Source: Utricularia gibba
Taxonomy: Eukaryota; Plantae; Magnoliophyta
Assembly: GCA_002189035.1 (NCBI GenBank)
Contig: NEEC01000020.1
Location: 1,488,001-1,552,000, forward strand
DNA: 64,000 nucleotides
Direction: 5' to 3'
How positions within the stretch are numbered: position 1 is the first letter of the stretch; every line of letters starts with the position of its first letter. Position numbers and translations under genes: made by a program. Below are positions 26,067 to 39,189 of this stretch, piece by piece. The notes beneath the pieces were generated by a model that had not been told where the DNA came from, did no database searches, and saw only the letters and a program-made list of their open reading frames with translations.

Positions 26067-27330
26067 TGACCTAGTTAGAATATATCAATCTAAACTGCAA
26101 CTTAAATTTTTACTATTGTATTTTCGATTGGAATTCCGATGTATGTATTAGTGTTTCCTTTATTTTATTGATTTTATTTAAATATGTATTTTTAAAATTT
26201 ATTATTGATGGGGCACAACAATTGTGACTATTATTTTCCATAGGGATTACAATATAAGTAACATTTGTAATATTCTGGATCATTATTTTTGAATAGAAAT
26301 GGATTTCAAATCAAAATGAAAACAAAATTCTTATACCTGACCTCAATTATCATGATTTATATTTTTATACCTGACCACAACAAAGACAAATCATATATTT
26401 AAATTGCAAAGGGCAAATATATTTTGAGGTAGTTCAACTTTAAGCTCGATAAACGTAATATGATGTTATTATATAAAAAAAGTGGTATTTTTTAATTAGA
26501 AAATGAATATCATGACCCAAACCTTATTAATTATTAAAAAATTATTTTCTCGATCAGTTATTCAAAAAAATTATTGCTTGCATTTTTCTAATAGATGGGT
26601 AAATACAGCAAATGTGCATTTGCAATGCTTGAATTTTTTTTTTTTTTATAAAGAAACATTACCACCTCAATGCATAGTTGAAGCACTTGCAATTTTTTTT
26701 CATAAATGCGCAGGCACCACAAACGAACATTTACAGTGATTGTGAAAATTTTAATTTCTTTATAAAAAGCATACGCACTTTAATGCAGCATTTGTGGTGC
26801 TCACAATTTTTTAAAAGAAAATGGGAAGGCAACGTCAGTGCACATTTATTGTGATAATTTTAATTTTTAGAGAATGGGGTCGCCGAGTTTAGTGCAATCC
26901 ACACACCCTCAACTTATTTTTTAAAAAATAAATTACCATGTTGATTTACAAGAAAAAAAAAATTGAAAGACATTCAATGAAATCTTTGAAGTTTTCCATT
27001 AAAGTAAAAAGGAAAAGAATGAATAATTATTTGGATTTGATTATCGCATTCGCCAACTTGGTGCATTAGGGGCCAATGAATTACTAATTTTAGAAAATTA
27101 GGTCATGCGGTTTAATGCAATATGTACTGACCTTGTTTTTTTTTATTAAAAAAAATATTTTTTAAAATAAATCACCACTTTGATTTACAAAAAAGCATTT
27201 GAAAGATCTCTAACGAAATCTTTCAAATTTTCTATTTAATTATAAGAGAAGAAGAAATATAAGTATTTGAGGGCCAATGAATCACTAATTCGTGTAGTTT
27301 GATTCAATCCATGAAGCTAATAAACGTAAA

Positions 27331-27750
27331 TGATAAGTGATTTTGTGTTACTAATATTTGTGTTTTTTATGATTCACTTAGATGGGTTTTGCATTCTTTT
27401 AATCCTACTTTCCTTATCTTTTTAAAGAATTTTATATCTTCATACTATTTTGATCTTTTTGGAGTAAAAGTGTGTTTTGTGATTTTTTAGTACGAATTTG
27501 GAATAATTTGGAGGATTTTCGAACTACTTTGATGAGATTTGGTCTATCCGGATAAAGACTCGGTCAAAGATTCTCGAATAAGATAAGATTCGTATCTTAT
27601 CTTAGAAAATTTGGATCTTATCTTAGAAGATTTATATCAAATCTTAGAAGATGAAGATAGAAAATTTGATGTAAGTCCATCAAGAAAGCCCAACAAATCT
27701 CCACCATTATATAAAAATCCAAAGACGAAGATCAAAAGGGAGCCATGAAC
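27331..27750. mobile_element. Gypsy LTR fragment (Athila/Tat-like)
   Basis: Starts TGATAAGTG, with T-rich LTR composition and ATCTTAGAA micro-repeats. The 3' end was not found. Duplicated at about 48893-49312. Confidence 0.55.
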
Positions 27751-27914
27751 TAGATGTCGACCATATACTTTGTATCAAATAACAAATTCCTCCAAAGGAC
27801 TCGATCATGGGGGCTGGTCCAATTGCACTGTTCTAAAGTAGTTTATGCCGTTAACTTTGATTTTTCAATGTCAAAATGCTTGCTGACTTGTATAGAAAAA
27901 CATTCAACTTGTCT

Positions 27915-28366
27915 AACAAAGTGGGTCACAGTGAACAGCCCCTGGAAACTTTTTACCAAAAAAACACGTCTTGGCAAAGTTGTAACACATGTATGGGGCT
28001 GATGCCTGCCAACTATCGGAAGGTGAAGGAAGTTAGTGATCTGATGATAGGGGAGCCCGTGATTAAAGCCTCAGTGAACGAAAGCTGTAATTATAACGAT
28101 TCTAAGTTAGTGAAATTCATTTTCGGGTAAGTTCCAAATGTTTAACGATCTGAGCACTATATCAAAGAGAGGATCGACATGTTTGTGAAAAATGCGGACT
28201 ACCTATGAAGCTTGATTGTTCCCGGGAACACCTGCATCGCTTAGGTGGAAGGCGAAGAGTGCAATACCACTCTCGAATAGCTAAGGTAGGATTCTAAGCT
28301 TGTGTCAGGAGCTATGGAAGTCTTAGGTAAGATAGTGTTCATGCAACATAGGCCTCCTAAAAGGGA
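27915..28366 (+). pseudogene. rrn23: Nuclear insertion of a plastid 23S rRNA fragment (NUPT), degenerate
   Basis: Recognisable 23S blocks in correct order: TGATGCCTGCC...GAAGGTGAAGGAAGTTAGTGATCTGATGATAGGGGAGCC, GTAATTATAACGATTCTAAG.TAGTGAAATTC..TTTCGGGTAAGTTCC, GATCTGAGCACT, GCTTAGGTGGAAGGCGAAGA, ATACCACTCT, CTTGTGTCAGGA, TAGGCCTCCTAAAAGG. Many C>T/G>A changes and short deletions relative to the plastid sequence as remembered. Confidence 0.85.
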
Positions 28367-30089
28367 TTTATATATGCACATTCAAATTCGGAATTGCCTC
28401 AATTATCTTTCTTTTTTCAAAGAAAAAAAAATTAACTTAGATAAAATGGATCGATATAAGCACAATTATACGCCCACTCATATGCTACGTTTAAAAGGTT
28501 TTCCCAAAAACTATCCTATACACATTTTATTTTTATTAAATCAAAATTTTGGAATGAACAAATTGCATTTTGAAAAAGTTCATGGAAATCTAACAAATCT
28601 TGTGAACTAGTATCCATTTGAATGAGATGTCAAACGAAACTCCTTTTTGATTAACATTGAACTAGTATCCTAGCATTGAAATACTGAAAAAAACTATAAA
28701 AAGAAAAATTCTCAAGTATCTGTGATCATGACACGTCACTAGAAATAAGAACAAGAATTCCAACATTAGTAATTAACAATGCATTGATCAAATATCCGAC
28801 ATCTAAATGAAAATCATTATTGAGGACCCAACCCAAAGAAGGATGGCATAATGGATTGATCAATTACATACAACAATACTTTTTCTAGAGTATTGTACAA
28901 TGTTTTTTATACTAACTTTAAAATTAGGCATATATACATTGAAATAAGTTTAGGATGGATAAACTCTGAAGACACTCTAACCAAATATGGAGAGAACATA
29001 AATTTAGGAAAATTGAATGTCAGATAAAATATATAATATCATAGAAATTGAATTTGAATGGTGACGAGACCATAAATATTGATAATTTTAACTACTATTT
29101 ATTTGTTAAATAGAAAAATTAATTGGCAACATGATGGCTGTAGTTAACAATCAAGTACTCGTAAAGAGACACATACCACGAATATTTGTATTTGTTGTCG
29201 GGAAAAACAGAAGCCCTGTTTCTCTTAAGATAGGAACTTAAAATTGAACCAAAATTATAATTCACGTATATTGATATGTTATGTCCATAAAAGTAGCCAC
29301 ACCGAAAAAAAGAAAACCATGAGTGCCCATATATCAAAGGAATTCCGCTAAGAACTTGAAAGGAAAGTGAACTAAGGGTTGATTTCTTTTTCTAAAAAAT
29401 CGATCCTCATCTGCTTTTCACATCATGTTTATATACTTGCATAAAGTAAAAATAACAAGATAATAAAGTAAAAAACCATTGGTTCCCGAAACTCCATTTG
29501 AGGTGTAGGGTGCTTAGTGTGGGCTCCTGGACCCGATGCAGTGTGGGGTGCAAGAATGAATATCTGATTGAGGGATAAGGAGGTCTTTGTGACCATAACT
29601 CCCGTTGAATTCCATGGGGCTGATGTTCTATAAGATGTAGCTTCACAATAAAGGTTCTAACCTCCTCGGGCAACTTCTCTATACTCTTACTTTATTAGAC
29701 CAATTACGCTTTCATACCTTGAGGGTTACTAACAATTTCCTACGATGATCTCAACCCCCTTATGATGTGAGAGAACAATTTCATTCCCCATAACATTAAA
29801 CTTTAGCTTTGAGATGCCAATTAGTTAGGGCTAGGGTTCAATCCTATATTTTGTGTAGATGATATGAGATCTTTGGCATTATGACATTTTTTTATTGCAC
29901 TTTATCCAATGAAAAATGTTAGCTTGTACGTGATAACATTTCCATACTCTATTAGCTTGTGGACTGATACCATCAAAAAAAGCACAGCTTGATTAATTGT
30001 GATTGAAAATTGAAACTTAACTAAATATTGTGACTTTTATTTTCTTATTTCTAAAACAATATATCATAGTAACTTCTTATATTCTTCGA

Positions 30090-33000
30090 TTACTAATTCT
30101 TTCATGTGACCAAATTTTACAATCAATGAAAATATTATCTTTTGAAACTTTAAAAGATGGATCTTTTACATTCAAGTTATCAAGTTTTCATCAAGAAGAA
30201 TTTAGAAAATTGTTGACAAACATGATTATTATTGATGATTGTCTTTTTATAACCGATGAGAGTTTAGGATTCAGAAATTTTGTTTATAGTTTACAACCAA
30301 GATTTAAGATTCTTAGTCGTTGTCATGAGATTGGAAAGATTATGTCTTACTACAGGTACGTAGACTTCCATACAAAATATGAACTATATGTGTGTTATTG
30401 ATGTGTGTCGTTTCCACAATAAATTTTAATATTTTTAAAACTCATAAAACACAAAAGCGTAGTACGGGTGTCGAACGCAGGGAATTGTTTTTCAGTGAAT
30501 GGTAAGGTTACACTGGATACAACTGTCACGATTTGCAAACGGTTTTGGAAGTAAAAGTGTGAGAAACGTAAATGATGAAGCCTGAGTAAGGGAATAAGAG
30601 GGGTTTGAACAGACAACTGAAATAAATGTAAGCGATGAACCTTAAATAAACTGAATGTTCCTAGGTTTGGAATCCCACCCGGCTATATTCGTTGCGTCTT
30701 CACTCTTCTCTGGTCTTCTCAAATACTCAGTTATAGGAGTAAGGAATTGCCTACCCTCCCTTACATTTTTTTGCAAGAAGGCACAAGAATAGCCCGATGT
30801 TACTCCTCTTTGGACGAAAGTGAGAATAAGAGGTCCTACTAGCATACCCTCACGGTTGAATTGCACATGTGTGCCCAAGTGTTGCCAATGATCCAATGAG
30901 TCCAGATACGAGGTCACTACCTGTCCATTGATCCTGAGGTACAGCCATAGACAAAACATTGTCTTCCTCCTACCAAAAGGACATGAGTTGGTGTTCTCCA
31001 CCTTACTCCTCTCCAAAACTCGTGGGTAGTGATCAATTAACTATGAATCTTGAATAAGGGGACTGTTACAGAAAAACTGCAATATAGTCGCGTGAAGACA
31101 TACGGAACCCGTTCAGATTCAAAGAAGACATAAAGATAAGCTAATGAAACATAGATCTGGGGGTGTCCCAACCCAGAAACAGAAGTTTCTAGCCGTGGAC
31201 GGCCATACAAACTAAAGGAAACGAACACAGATTCTAGAGAAAAGCTAGAGGAAAATCTTATAGATAAAGAAACAAAGTCTAAAGTAAACTAACTACTACT
31301 TGTCCAACGTCTGAATAGAACTGAACTTCAATGAGAGTCTGAGCTTTCGTATCCCCTTGGTTCCTGCTGTGAATTGGGGTAACTTGCAAGCAAACGTCTG
31401 CTCTAAATTGGGGTAATGATATCGCCTGTCAGAGACTCCCGTGTTCCCTACATCAAGGCTCATAATTAGGTGTCTACAGTCTTCCGGAAATCAAGGGAAT
31501 GTCAACTCGAGAAGATCCAATTTGTCGCCATCTGCTGCCCTTTTGCTCTCACTTCCTACCACGTGTGCACCTCTAGAAAAACTCAATTAAAACTAGCAAA
31601 ATTATTATATAAAATACAAGATTTAGGATAATTACCCTAAACTACATAAAACCTAAATCTCATATTATAGATTTCTAATTAGACTATTCTAATCACATTT
31701 AGACTTAAAAACAACCTAAGAAATACTAAGAAAATGACACTTAAGAGTTATATTGTATATTGGATTGATAAAGATTTCAATTTACAGGTTCTCAATTTTT
31801 CTATCATTCCAAATCACAAAGGTAAGACCATTGGTTATATGATTGAGTGCTACCTCTTAGAATGGGGAATTGAGAATCTACTTACAATGTATGTTAAAAA
31901 TTACGAGTTCTAATGATGTTGTCATATGATACATCAAGGATAAGATGAAGGGTTGGAAAAATATAGTTTTGAATAATGAGTTTGTGCATATGAGATGTTC
32001 TTCTTATTTTAAAAAAATTCATGGTAAAAAATGATCTGAAGTTGTATATTGCATCAATTTTGAAAATTAAAAATGATATCATCTTCTCCATCTAAACTTT
32101 GAACTTTTATGAGTTATCCATCCATTCAAAAAAATTGAAAGTAAGAAACTTATATGTCTTGATGTTGACACTCGGTGCAATTCCACTTATTTGATATTAA
32201 AAAATACCTTAGTTTTTTAAAAGTATTTGAAAGTATGTTTGAGGATCATTGAAATTATATAAATATTTTGGTATCTATAAGAAGAAAGGTCATGCTGAAT
32301 TTCATTTTATCAGTTGTATTAAAGAAGCTGAGTGAAATTAATGAAAAAGAAAGCTTAAAAGATAATTATATTGATCCCCCTGATGCTTTTGATTGAAAAG
32401 TGGCAAAGTGTTTTGTCAAGTTTCTGAAATTTTTCTATGATGCAACAATGAGATTTTTGAAAAGTAAATATTCTAAATGTTAACATTTTATTTCAAGAGA
32501 TTATGAGCATCCCTGGTATTTTAAGTGTTTTATTTGGATATCATGATACAAGTATAGCTTTGGTTGCAATGAAACTGAATGATAAATTCTCAAAGTATTG
32601 GAGTAAATTGAATACAACTAATGCTTTATTGTTTATTGAAACTATTTTAGATATTCGATATAAGTTGAGATTTATCAAGTATTATATTGATAAAATATAT
32701 AATCAAGGGAAGCATGGTTATTTGTGTAAACAAGTGTTGGATAAATTGATGAGCACATTAATTACTTTATTTGATTTTTATGCAAAACTTTATTTTTTTG
32801 CATCTAAAGATGATGATATGTATTTCTCAATCGCTAACTCTTCAAATACTTCTTTGAATGCTAGCTTGGATGACATGTTCAATTCTAATTTTTCTCTAGG
32901 GTCCCAATTCGCTAAAGAACTTGAGAAGGATTTTAATAATTGTAATATCTGAGCTTGCCATCTATTTGGAAGAAAAGTGAAAATTAGTTGGAGAACATGA

Positions 33001-33450
33001 AACTTTTGATACCCTAATTTGATAGAAAAATAATCCTTCAAGATGTCATCTTCTTTCTCAAATGATTAGAGAAGTGTTGGCGATTTCAATTTCTACCATA
33101 TCATCTAAATCAGGTTTTAGTGCAAGTGGGCATATGCTTGATTCATATATACGTTCTCTTAATCCAAAAATGGTAGAGGCTCTTATTTGTTGCCACAATT
33201 GGCTGAAAGAATAACCACATTTGCTTGACATTCATTGATCCATGAGAGGAGTTTCATTTAATGATGTAGAGAAGTATGGAGATATCTTCAGTGGTAATAC
33301 TTGAATTTTTCCTATTCTATCTTTGTTATTTGAAATATTTCTCATTTAGTATATTACATTGAAATGTACTTTTTTTATTAATTATAGATGTATACTTCGA
33401 TAGTTCTTCTTCAAAAGAAGATGTAAGGACAATGGATGTTGATGAATATT
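30090..33450 (+). pseudogene. hAT (Ac/Tam3-like) transposase remnant
   Basis: FHQEEFRKLLTNMIIID...LGFRNFVYSLQPRFKILSR, TGT*TSIQNMNYMCV, LDVDTRCNSTYL, KLNDKFSKYW...ILDIRYKL, and the hAT dimerisation domain REVLAISISTISSKSGFSASGHMLDSYIRSLNPKMVEALICCHNWL. Many stops. Confidence 0.9.
30399..31746. mobile_element. Solo Gypsy LTR inserted in the hAT transposase
   Basis: Starts TGATGTGTGTC and ends GACACTTAAGA (decayed). TSD GTTAT at 30394-30398 and 31747-31751. It splits the NYMCV...WIDKD motif. Confidence 0.8.
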
Positions 33451-35818
33451 AGATATCATTTCCTTTTTTAATATCTAAAAGTTTCAGATTTATTTGTAAC
33501 TAATGATTCATTCTCAATCTTTATTGTTTCGTGATTTTTTTTGAAGTTATTTTGTTACCTATTGCAATGACTTTGCAGCATTATTAGATTGAATGGGATC
33601 AAATAACGAAGGTTGTTGTCTGCTCTTTAACTTTGTTGGAAATGTTTTTCTATTGAGTATTTTATGTATTATTAGTTACCAGATTATATAATGTTAGAAT
33701 TTGGAATTTTTAGTAATTATGATGTTTGAGTAATGTATAACACTTATTCTTAGCTGTTCAACCGCTTGTTCACCTGCTTTCCACTTGTTGTATTTATATT
33801 TCAATTTGTAGGTTTTTTGACAATAATATTAACTGATGATTTTAAAATATATATAATCTACTATTAATGAATCAAAATAATAATATAGGTTTAAACTGTA
33901 TGACTACGTGTTTACTCACTCCTAATCATATCCTTCAAGATAACATGTCTTATTATCTCTATACCCTTTAAAAAAGAGAAAAGTTAGAGAAATTTCATTT
34001 TATTATTTCTCGATTACTCGAAAATTTTCTATTCCAACTAGCGTTTTTCCAGTGACTTTACTCCTCCAATCTCTAGCAAAAGTCACCAAAGGTATTTTAA
34101 TTCCATCTCTGGATATTTCTCCTTGATATGCGGAAGAAGTTTCAAAATATGCGTTGAGAAGATGAAAAGTCTTAATGTATTGAAAAGGTAAACTCAAGAT
34201 ACAAAGTATTGAGACGTAGGTCCCGTTTGGTACAATTATTTATTTTATAGTCCATTAAGATTATTATTTTTAAATAAACACATTCATTATTTAGATTGGA
34301 GATGCATTTGATAACATTGTATAAGAATATGAATGTTTATATTATTTTGTATTTGATAGATTGTTGTTAAATAGATGATTTTATGAAAATTACCAAAATA
34401 TACTCATTATTATTTGAAGTTTTTTAACATTATTTTCCCCTATTCTTCAAATTTTGTTCATCGAAGATTTTAGGATTTGTGTTTATGTTTTACTTTCATA
34501 TAAGATCTATCTATGTTATCACTTTATTACACTTCCATCTCATCAACTCCCATTCTACCCATCAGACCCAAGAAGAAATCGGCATGTATTGAAGGTGGAG
34601 AAGGTTCTAGGGCTAACTGTAAGGAGAGGAATAGAACTAAGATAATGAGAGTTTGTTAGTGTAAAAGTAGACCCCCTCTTCCCCACTTTAAGTTTCACAT
34701 TCCAAAATTAATTCTATATGTGTGAAGATAAATAAAATTGTCTATTTTCACAATCGCTACCAAACATACTTCTAATTTAAATTTCTTGTTAAAATGCATT
34801 AACAACCTTACCAAACAAATCTGCTTATTTGTACAACATTTCCTGTTATATGCATTTACTTGAGCTAATAAGTGTTTGCTAATCTGTCATGGTCATCCGG
34901 TCAACACTCCCTATAACTCCTCAATATTCATATTGCAATGATTCTGGGGTTGTAGAATGATAAAATTGGTGCCTTTTCATGACCTCCACCACTGTCGGTA
35001 CCTAAGATGCCCTCCCATGCGATCCGCCTTATTTTGGAAGCTTTTAAAGCCAGTTTGCAGATTCCACCACCACCCATTCATAGCTCTTTTATACGCTCTT
35101 CATCCCCACATTTATGAAACTTGTCACATACCTCATTTTTCTCAACATTCAAAAGTCAGAATTTTCTTTTAATTTCTTTTTTTCATTTTATTTTTTTCTC
35201 TGATAGCACCTATTTTGATTCAAAATCTTTATGTAGATAGGAAAAATTTTCTTTTTTTTGCCCGATGAGGCTGCATCTCTAGCTTGAAGCCTTAGGGAAA
35301 CCAAGGCTGAATTCTAGCTTTTTGCAGAATTCTAACCAGCCGCCGATTATTTTCTGCAAAAATAATTTATGCTAGCTTATTTTCTGCCCGATAAGAAGCC
35401 TGAATTCTAGCTTTTTTTTTCATTTCGGTCCTAGTTAGGAAGCAAAAAACTTCTACTACCCGACACGGACTCTAAAGATTCCCTCCTCAATCACAGCTCA
35501 TAGTATTCTTCTTCCTCCAGACAAGCACCTCAAGGGGCTTTGGATGAATGAGGAACGATTTGCCTCCTCATCTTTTTTTATAAAATAAGCTAATGCATAG
35601 TGTTTTCTTTTTGTCTTGCAGAACACAGAATGAATAGCCTCATCAAGTCTACCTTCGGTTACAATTTAAAACACCAAGGCACTTGCTAATTCGGTGGTAG
35701 ATGGAAGCAAGGTGCCTCACTTTCCTTGAGTTACTTCATCGGATTTTAGTTGAATGTCAACTTGATAGGCACTATGATTTTACAGAAGAAAGTTCTGGAA
35801 ATCAGTAGAGTTTATAGA

Positions 35819-37285
35819 TGTTAAAATAAATAATCATATATCCAAAAATAAAAGTGAAATAATCAAATATATAAAAAATCATAGATCATTAATAATTGAT
35901 TGGGTCTAATTTTTTCTATTGTGATCCATATTTATTATATACTTAGATTTCACATGTAATAGTCTAACCCATTGGATCCTAAATTTTAGCATGGTATCAA
36001 AGCATTTGACTTGCAACATAGCTTGGGTGACCAAAATAAGTTTCATTCTAGTTTGAGCTTCTATTAAAAAAAAAAGAAAAAAAGAAAAAGTAAATGCATT
36101 GGGCTTAGACAACAAAAATTAGATCGATCTATGACTTGCCGAATTGAAGACCAGTTCGACTTGAGCACCTAATCCCACATCGAAAAATGAAAGTGAAATA
36201 TTCAAGTATACAAGTAATTATGGATCATTAGTAACCGATTGGATCTAATATTTTCTATTGTGATCCACGTTTCTTATGTACTTGGATTTCACATGTGCTC
36301 GTTCAATCCATCAGATCCTGAATTTAAATATGGTATACAATCAGATAAAAAAAACACAAGTTTTAACCGGATCGAAGCTCAGTTCCACTTGAGGGCGGGC
36401 ATTAGAATACACAATCCTACATCGGAAAATGAAAATTTTATAGTCAAGTATATAAAAAATTGCAGATCACAAATAATCAGTTGAGCCTAACCTTTTCTAA
36501 TGTGATTTACATTTATTATGCACTTGGCTTCACGTGTGTGCTCATGTAACCCATCAAATCCTGAATTTAAATATGATATAAGAGTGTTTGCCTTGCAGCA
36601 TGGCTCGGGTGGTCAAGATGGGTTTCGTTCACGTGTGCTCACCTAAACCATTGGATACTAGAATTTCAACATGGTATCACAGCATTTGCCTTTCAGCACG
36701 GCCTGGGTGGCCAAGATGGGTTTCATTATTGTCTGAATTCCGATTAAAAAAAAAAGAACAAGAAGATTCATTGGGCATAGATGACAAAAAAATTAGATCA
36801 ATTTATAATCTGAGCACTACCTACAACCAGACAAAAAAATACAAGTCTTATTTGGATCGAAGACCAGTTCGACACGAGGGCATCTTTTAGAATACACAAT
36901 CCCACATTGGAAAATAAAAGTGGAATAGTCAAGTATATAACAAACTACATATCACAAGTAATCGATTGAGTCTAATCTTTTCTATTGTGATTCATATTTC
37001 TTGTGTGCTCGCCTGACTCATCGGATCCTGAATTTCAACATGGTATTAGAACATTTGCCTTGCGGCATGACTTAGGTGGCCAAGATGGGTTTTGTATTTG
37101 TCTGAGATTCAATTAACAAAAAAAAAAAAAAAAAAAAACAAGGACATGCATTGAGCTTAGGCAACAAAAAATCAAAATCAACCTATGACCCAATCACTAC
37201 CTACAATCACACAAAAAAAACCAAGTCTTAACTAGATTAAAGACCGGTTCGACTTGAGGGCAAGTATTAGAATACATAATCCGAA
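35819..37285 (+). mobile_element. Tandem-array TRIM (about 5 LTR-internal units)
   Basis: An LTR of about 170 bp (TGTTA/ATTAGAATACACAATCCCACATCGGAAAAT...GGATCCTGAATTTCAACA) alternates with PBS variants (TGGTATCAAAGC 35992, TGGTATAC, TGATATAAGAG, TGGTATCACAGC, TGGTATTAGAAC) and a short internal region ending in the PPT-like TTGAGGGCGGGC. Confidence 0.85.
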
Positions 37286-37308
37286 TTCTCATCCAAGTCT
37301 CTCAATTA

Positions 37309-37592
37309 AAGCATCTTTAGTGGTTTCTGGAAATACTGATGTGGCTTTCCGAAAACTACTATTATTTTTACAGAAATAAGTAATTTGAGGAAATCTCATT
37401 TTATGGAAACCAAAAGGAGGAAATCTTGTTTCCTTATTGAAACCAACTTCCATAAGGAAACTTCACTCTATATTTTTTCAATGATTTTACTACTCGTTTT
37501 CGAAAATTGATAAAGTAATTTAGGAAACTTCGTAAAGAAAACTTAATAAAGAAAAGACACATTACTATTTGCGAGCATCATTAAAGATGCTC
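37309..37592. mobile_element. Tourist-like MITE
   Basis: TIR AAGCATCTTTA / TAAAGATGCTC (10/11) with TSD TTA on both sides. Confidence 0.85.
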
Positions 37593-39189
37593 TTAGCATT
37601 GCCTATGAATGTTTGGTGTCACGTTTCCATGAGAGAGGTTGGAGGGTTCTAGGCCGCTCAATGCACAAGTTGCTGTTTCTTAGGAGAGTAGGAAGGAAGG
37701 AGAATGCTATCAAAGAGGTAGTTAAGGAAAAAACTGAGGAGAGAGTGGAGGCCTAACTTCTCCAAGTGGAGAAGTGTTGAGTGGGGATGACTTTAAAGCT
37801 AGAGGCCAATAGCACGGTGCTAAATGAAATGGAATGGACATCACTTGTTCACACTGTAGAGTGGATAGTATGCGGGCGAATACTTTTCTTCGATACTTAG
37901 CTTCCAGGCTCTTCGGGTCGTAAGAGCAGTTGCACCTAGCCTCTATTGAGGATTTTTAGCTCCTAGTCTTCCCGCAGTTCCGAAAATGGTTGGTCGGTTG
38001 TACATATGCATTTACCAAACGCAGACTTGCCTTTTCGTTCATTTCTTCTGTATTCACTTTTACAGGTTACGTACGATATGTAAGTTTCTTTTCAGTTATG
38101 CGCAACAAGTGAGCAGATTTGTTTCCTCGCAGTTGCTATTTCTTTTCATTTTTTCAGCCATGTCTTCATCTTTTGTTTTTAAAATGTGTTTTGAATTCAG
38201 TTTTGCTTCACATATCATTAGTTTTTCAGAATTCAACAATAATTTATGCAATTTGATGATTCCAGCCCCAATTTTTTAGATTTAAACCCTAATTTATGTT
38301 CATGATTTACCAAGATTCTCTAACATAAATTATTTTCATTTTTTATTGTGCTGCAAATTAATTTTTATGGACTTTAGTTTTTTCATGATATTCATATGCT
38401 ATTATCATTTTAATTTTACACTTAATTTTGCATATCTATTGTTCTATTTCCAGATTGAAACATTAAATTATTACATCTTGTATCATCATTTTTTTATTAC
38501 AATTTTTTGTAGGAAATGATTACAGAGGATTAACATCTCAACGAATTATATAAGCAAATACTTTAGATGCAAGATAGAATGAATACAAACTTATTCTTGT
38601 TTTAGCTTGACTAAATGTTAATAATGATTCTGAGAAAGATAACTTCACACAAAGGAAACAAATTTTGGAAGAAGATATTTGATTATCTATTATGAAGTAA
38701 TACCACTAGTTACTTGTAGCATGGATACAATTAGAAAAAAATGAAAAAATTTGAGCTCTGATAATGTCAAGAGAAGTTTGACTATAATGAATTTGATTTC
38801 AAGCAACAAGTCATGTAGCTTTTTAAAATTGATCAACAAGGAGATTTCATTGATATTAAATATTGAGAAACATTATACCATGACTCAAAGTAGATGTCAA
38901 TATGAAAATTAATGTCAAGTTTATTTTTTTGAGTGTATTTACTATATTAAATGTCTTTTTATAAATCACAGAAATTGGTAGGTGCTTAAATGGAAAAGAA
39001 TTATAAGAGAGTGTCGTATGTGCATCAATCAAATGAACAAGGATTACCTTCACAACTATCACTGCCTTTAATAAAAGAAGAAAGATCTTTAGGATAAAAT
39101 TTAGCAAATGTAAATAAAATGAAAGGCAATTGTCTAAGTCTACTTCTTCTTCTTTCAAGACTAATCACTTGGAAGGTATCTTGGTAGTT

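Noticed and set aside
28737-28760. CACTAG as a CACTA element terminus
   Set aside because: No matching TAGTG terminus with a 3-bp TSD, no subterminal repeats and no transposase were found.
29407-29673. 88-aa minus-strand ORF (weakly Copia gag-like, EKLPEEVR)
   Set aside because: The similarity is too weak and there are no supporting LTR or pol motifs.
34219-34772. Tourist-like MITE (GGTCCCGTTTGGTA ... TACCAAAC)
   Set aside because: Only the 8-bp core matches, and the termini and TSD are ambiguous.
35678-35716. Hairpin GGCACTTGCT...AGCAAGGTGCC as a miRNA precursor
   Set aside because: The stem is only about 10 bp, too short for a plant pre-miRNA, and no known mature sequence was recognised.
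36595-36730. tRNA/SINE-like motif GCATGGCTCGGGTGGCCAAGATGG
   Set aside because: It has an A-box-like look, but no B-box or cloverleaf, and it lies right after a PBS in the TRIM internal region.
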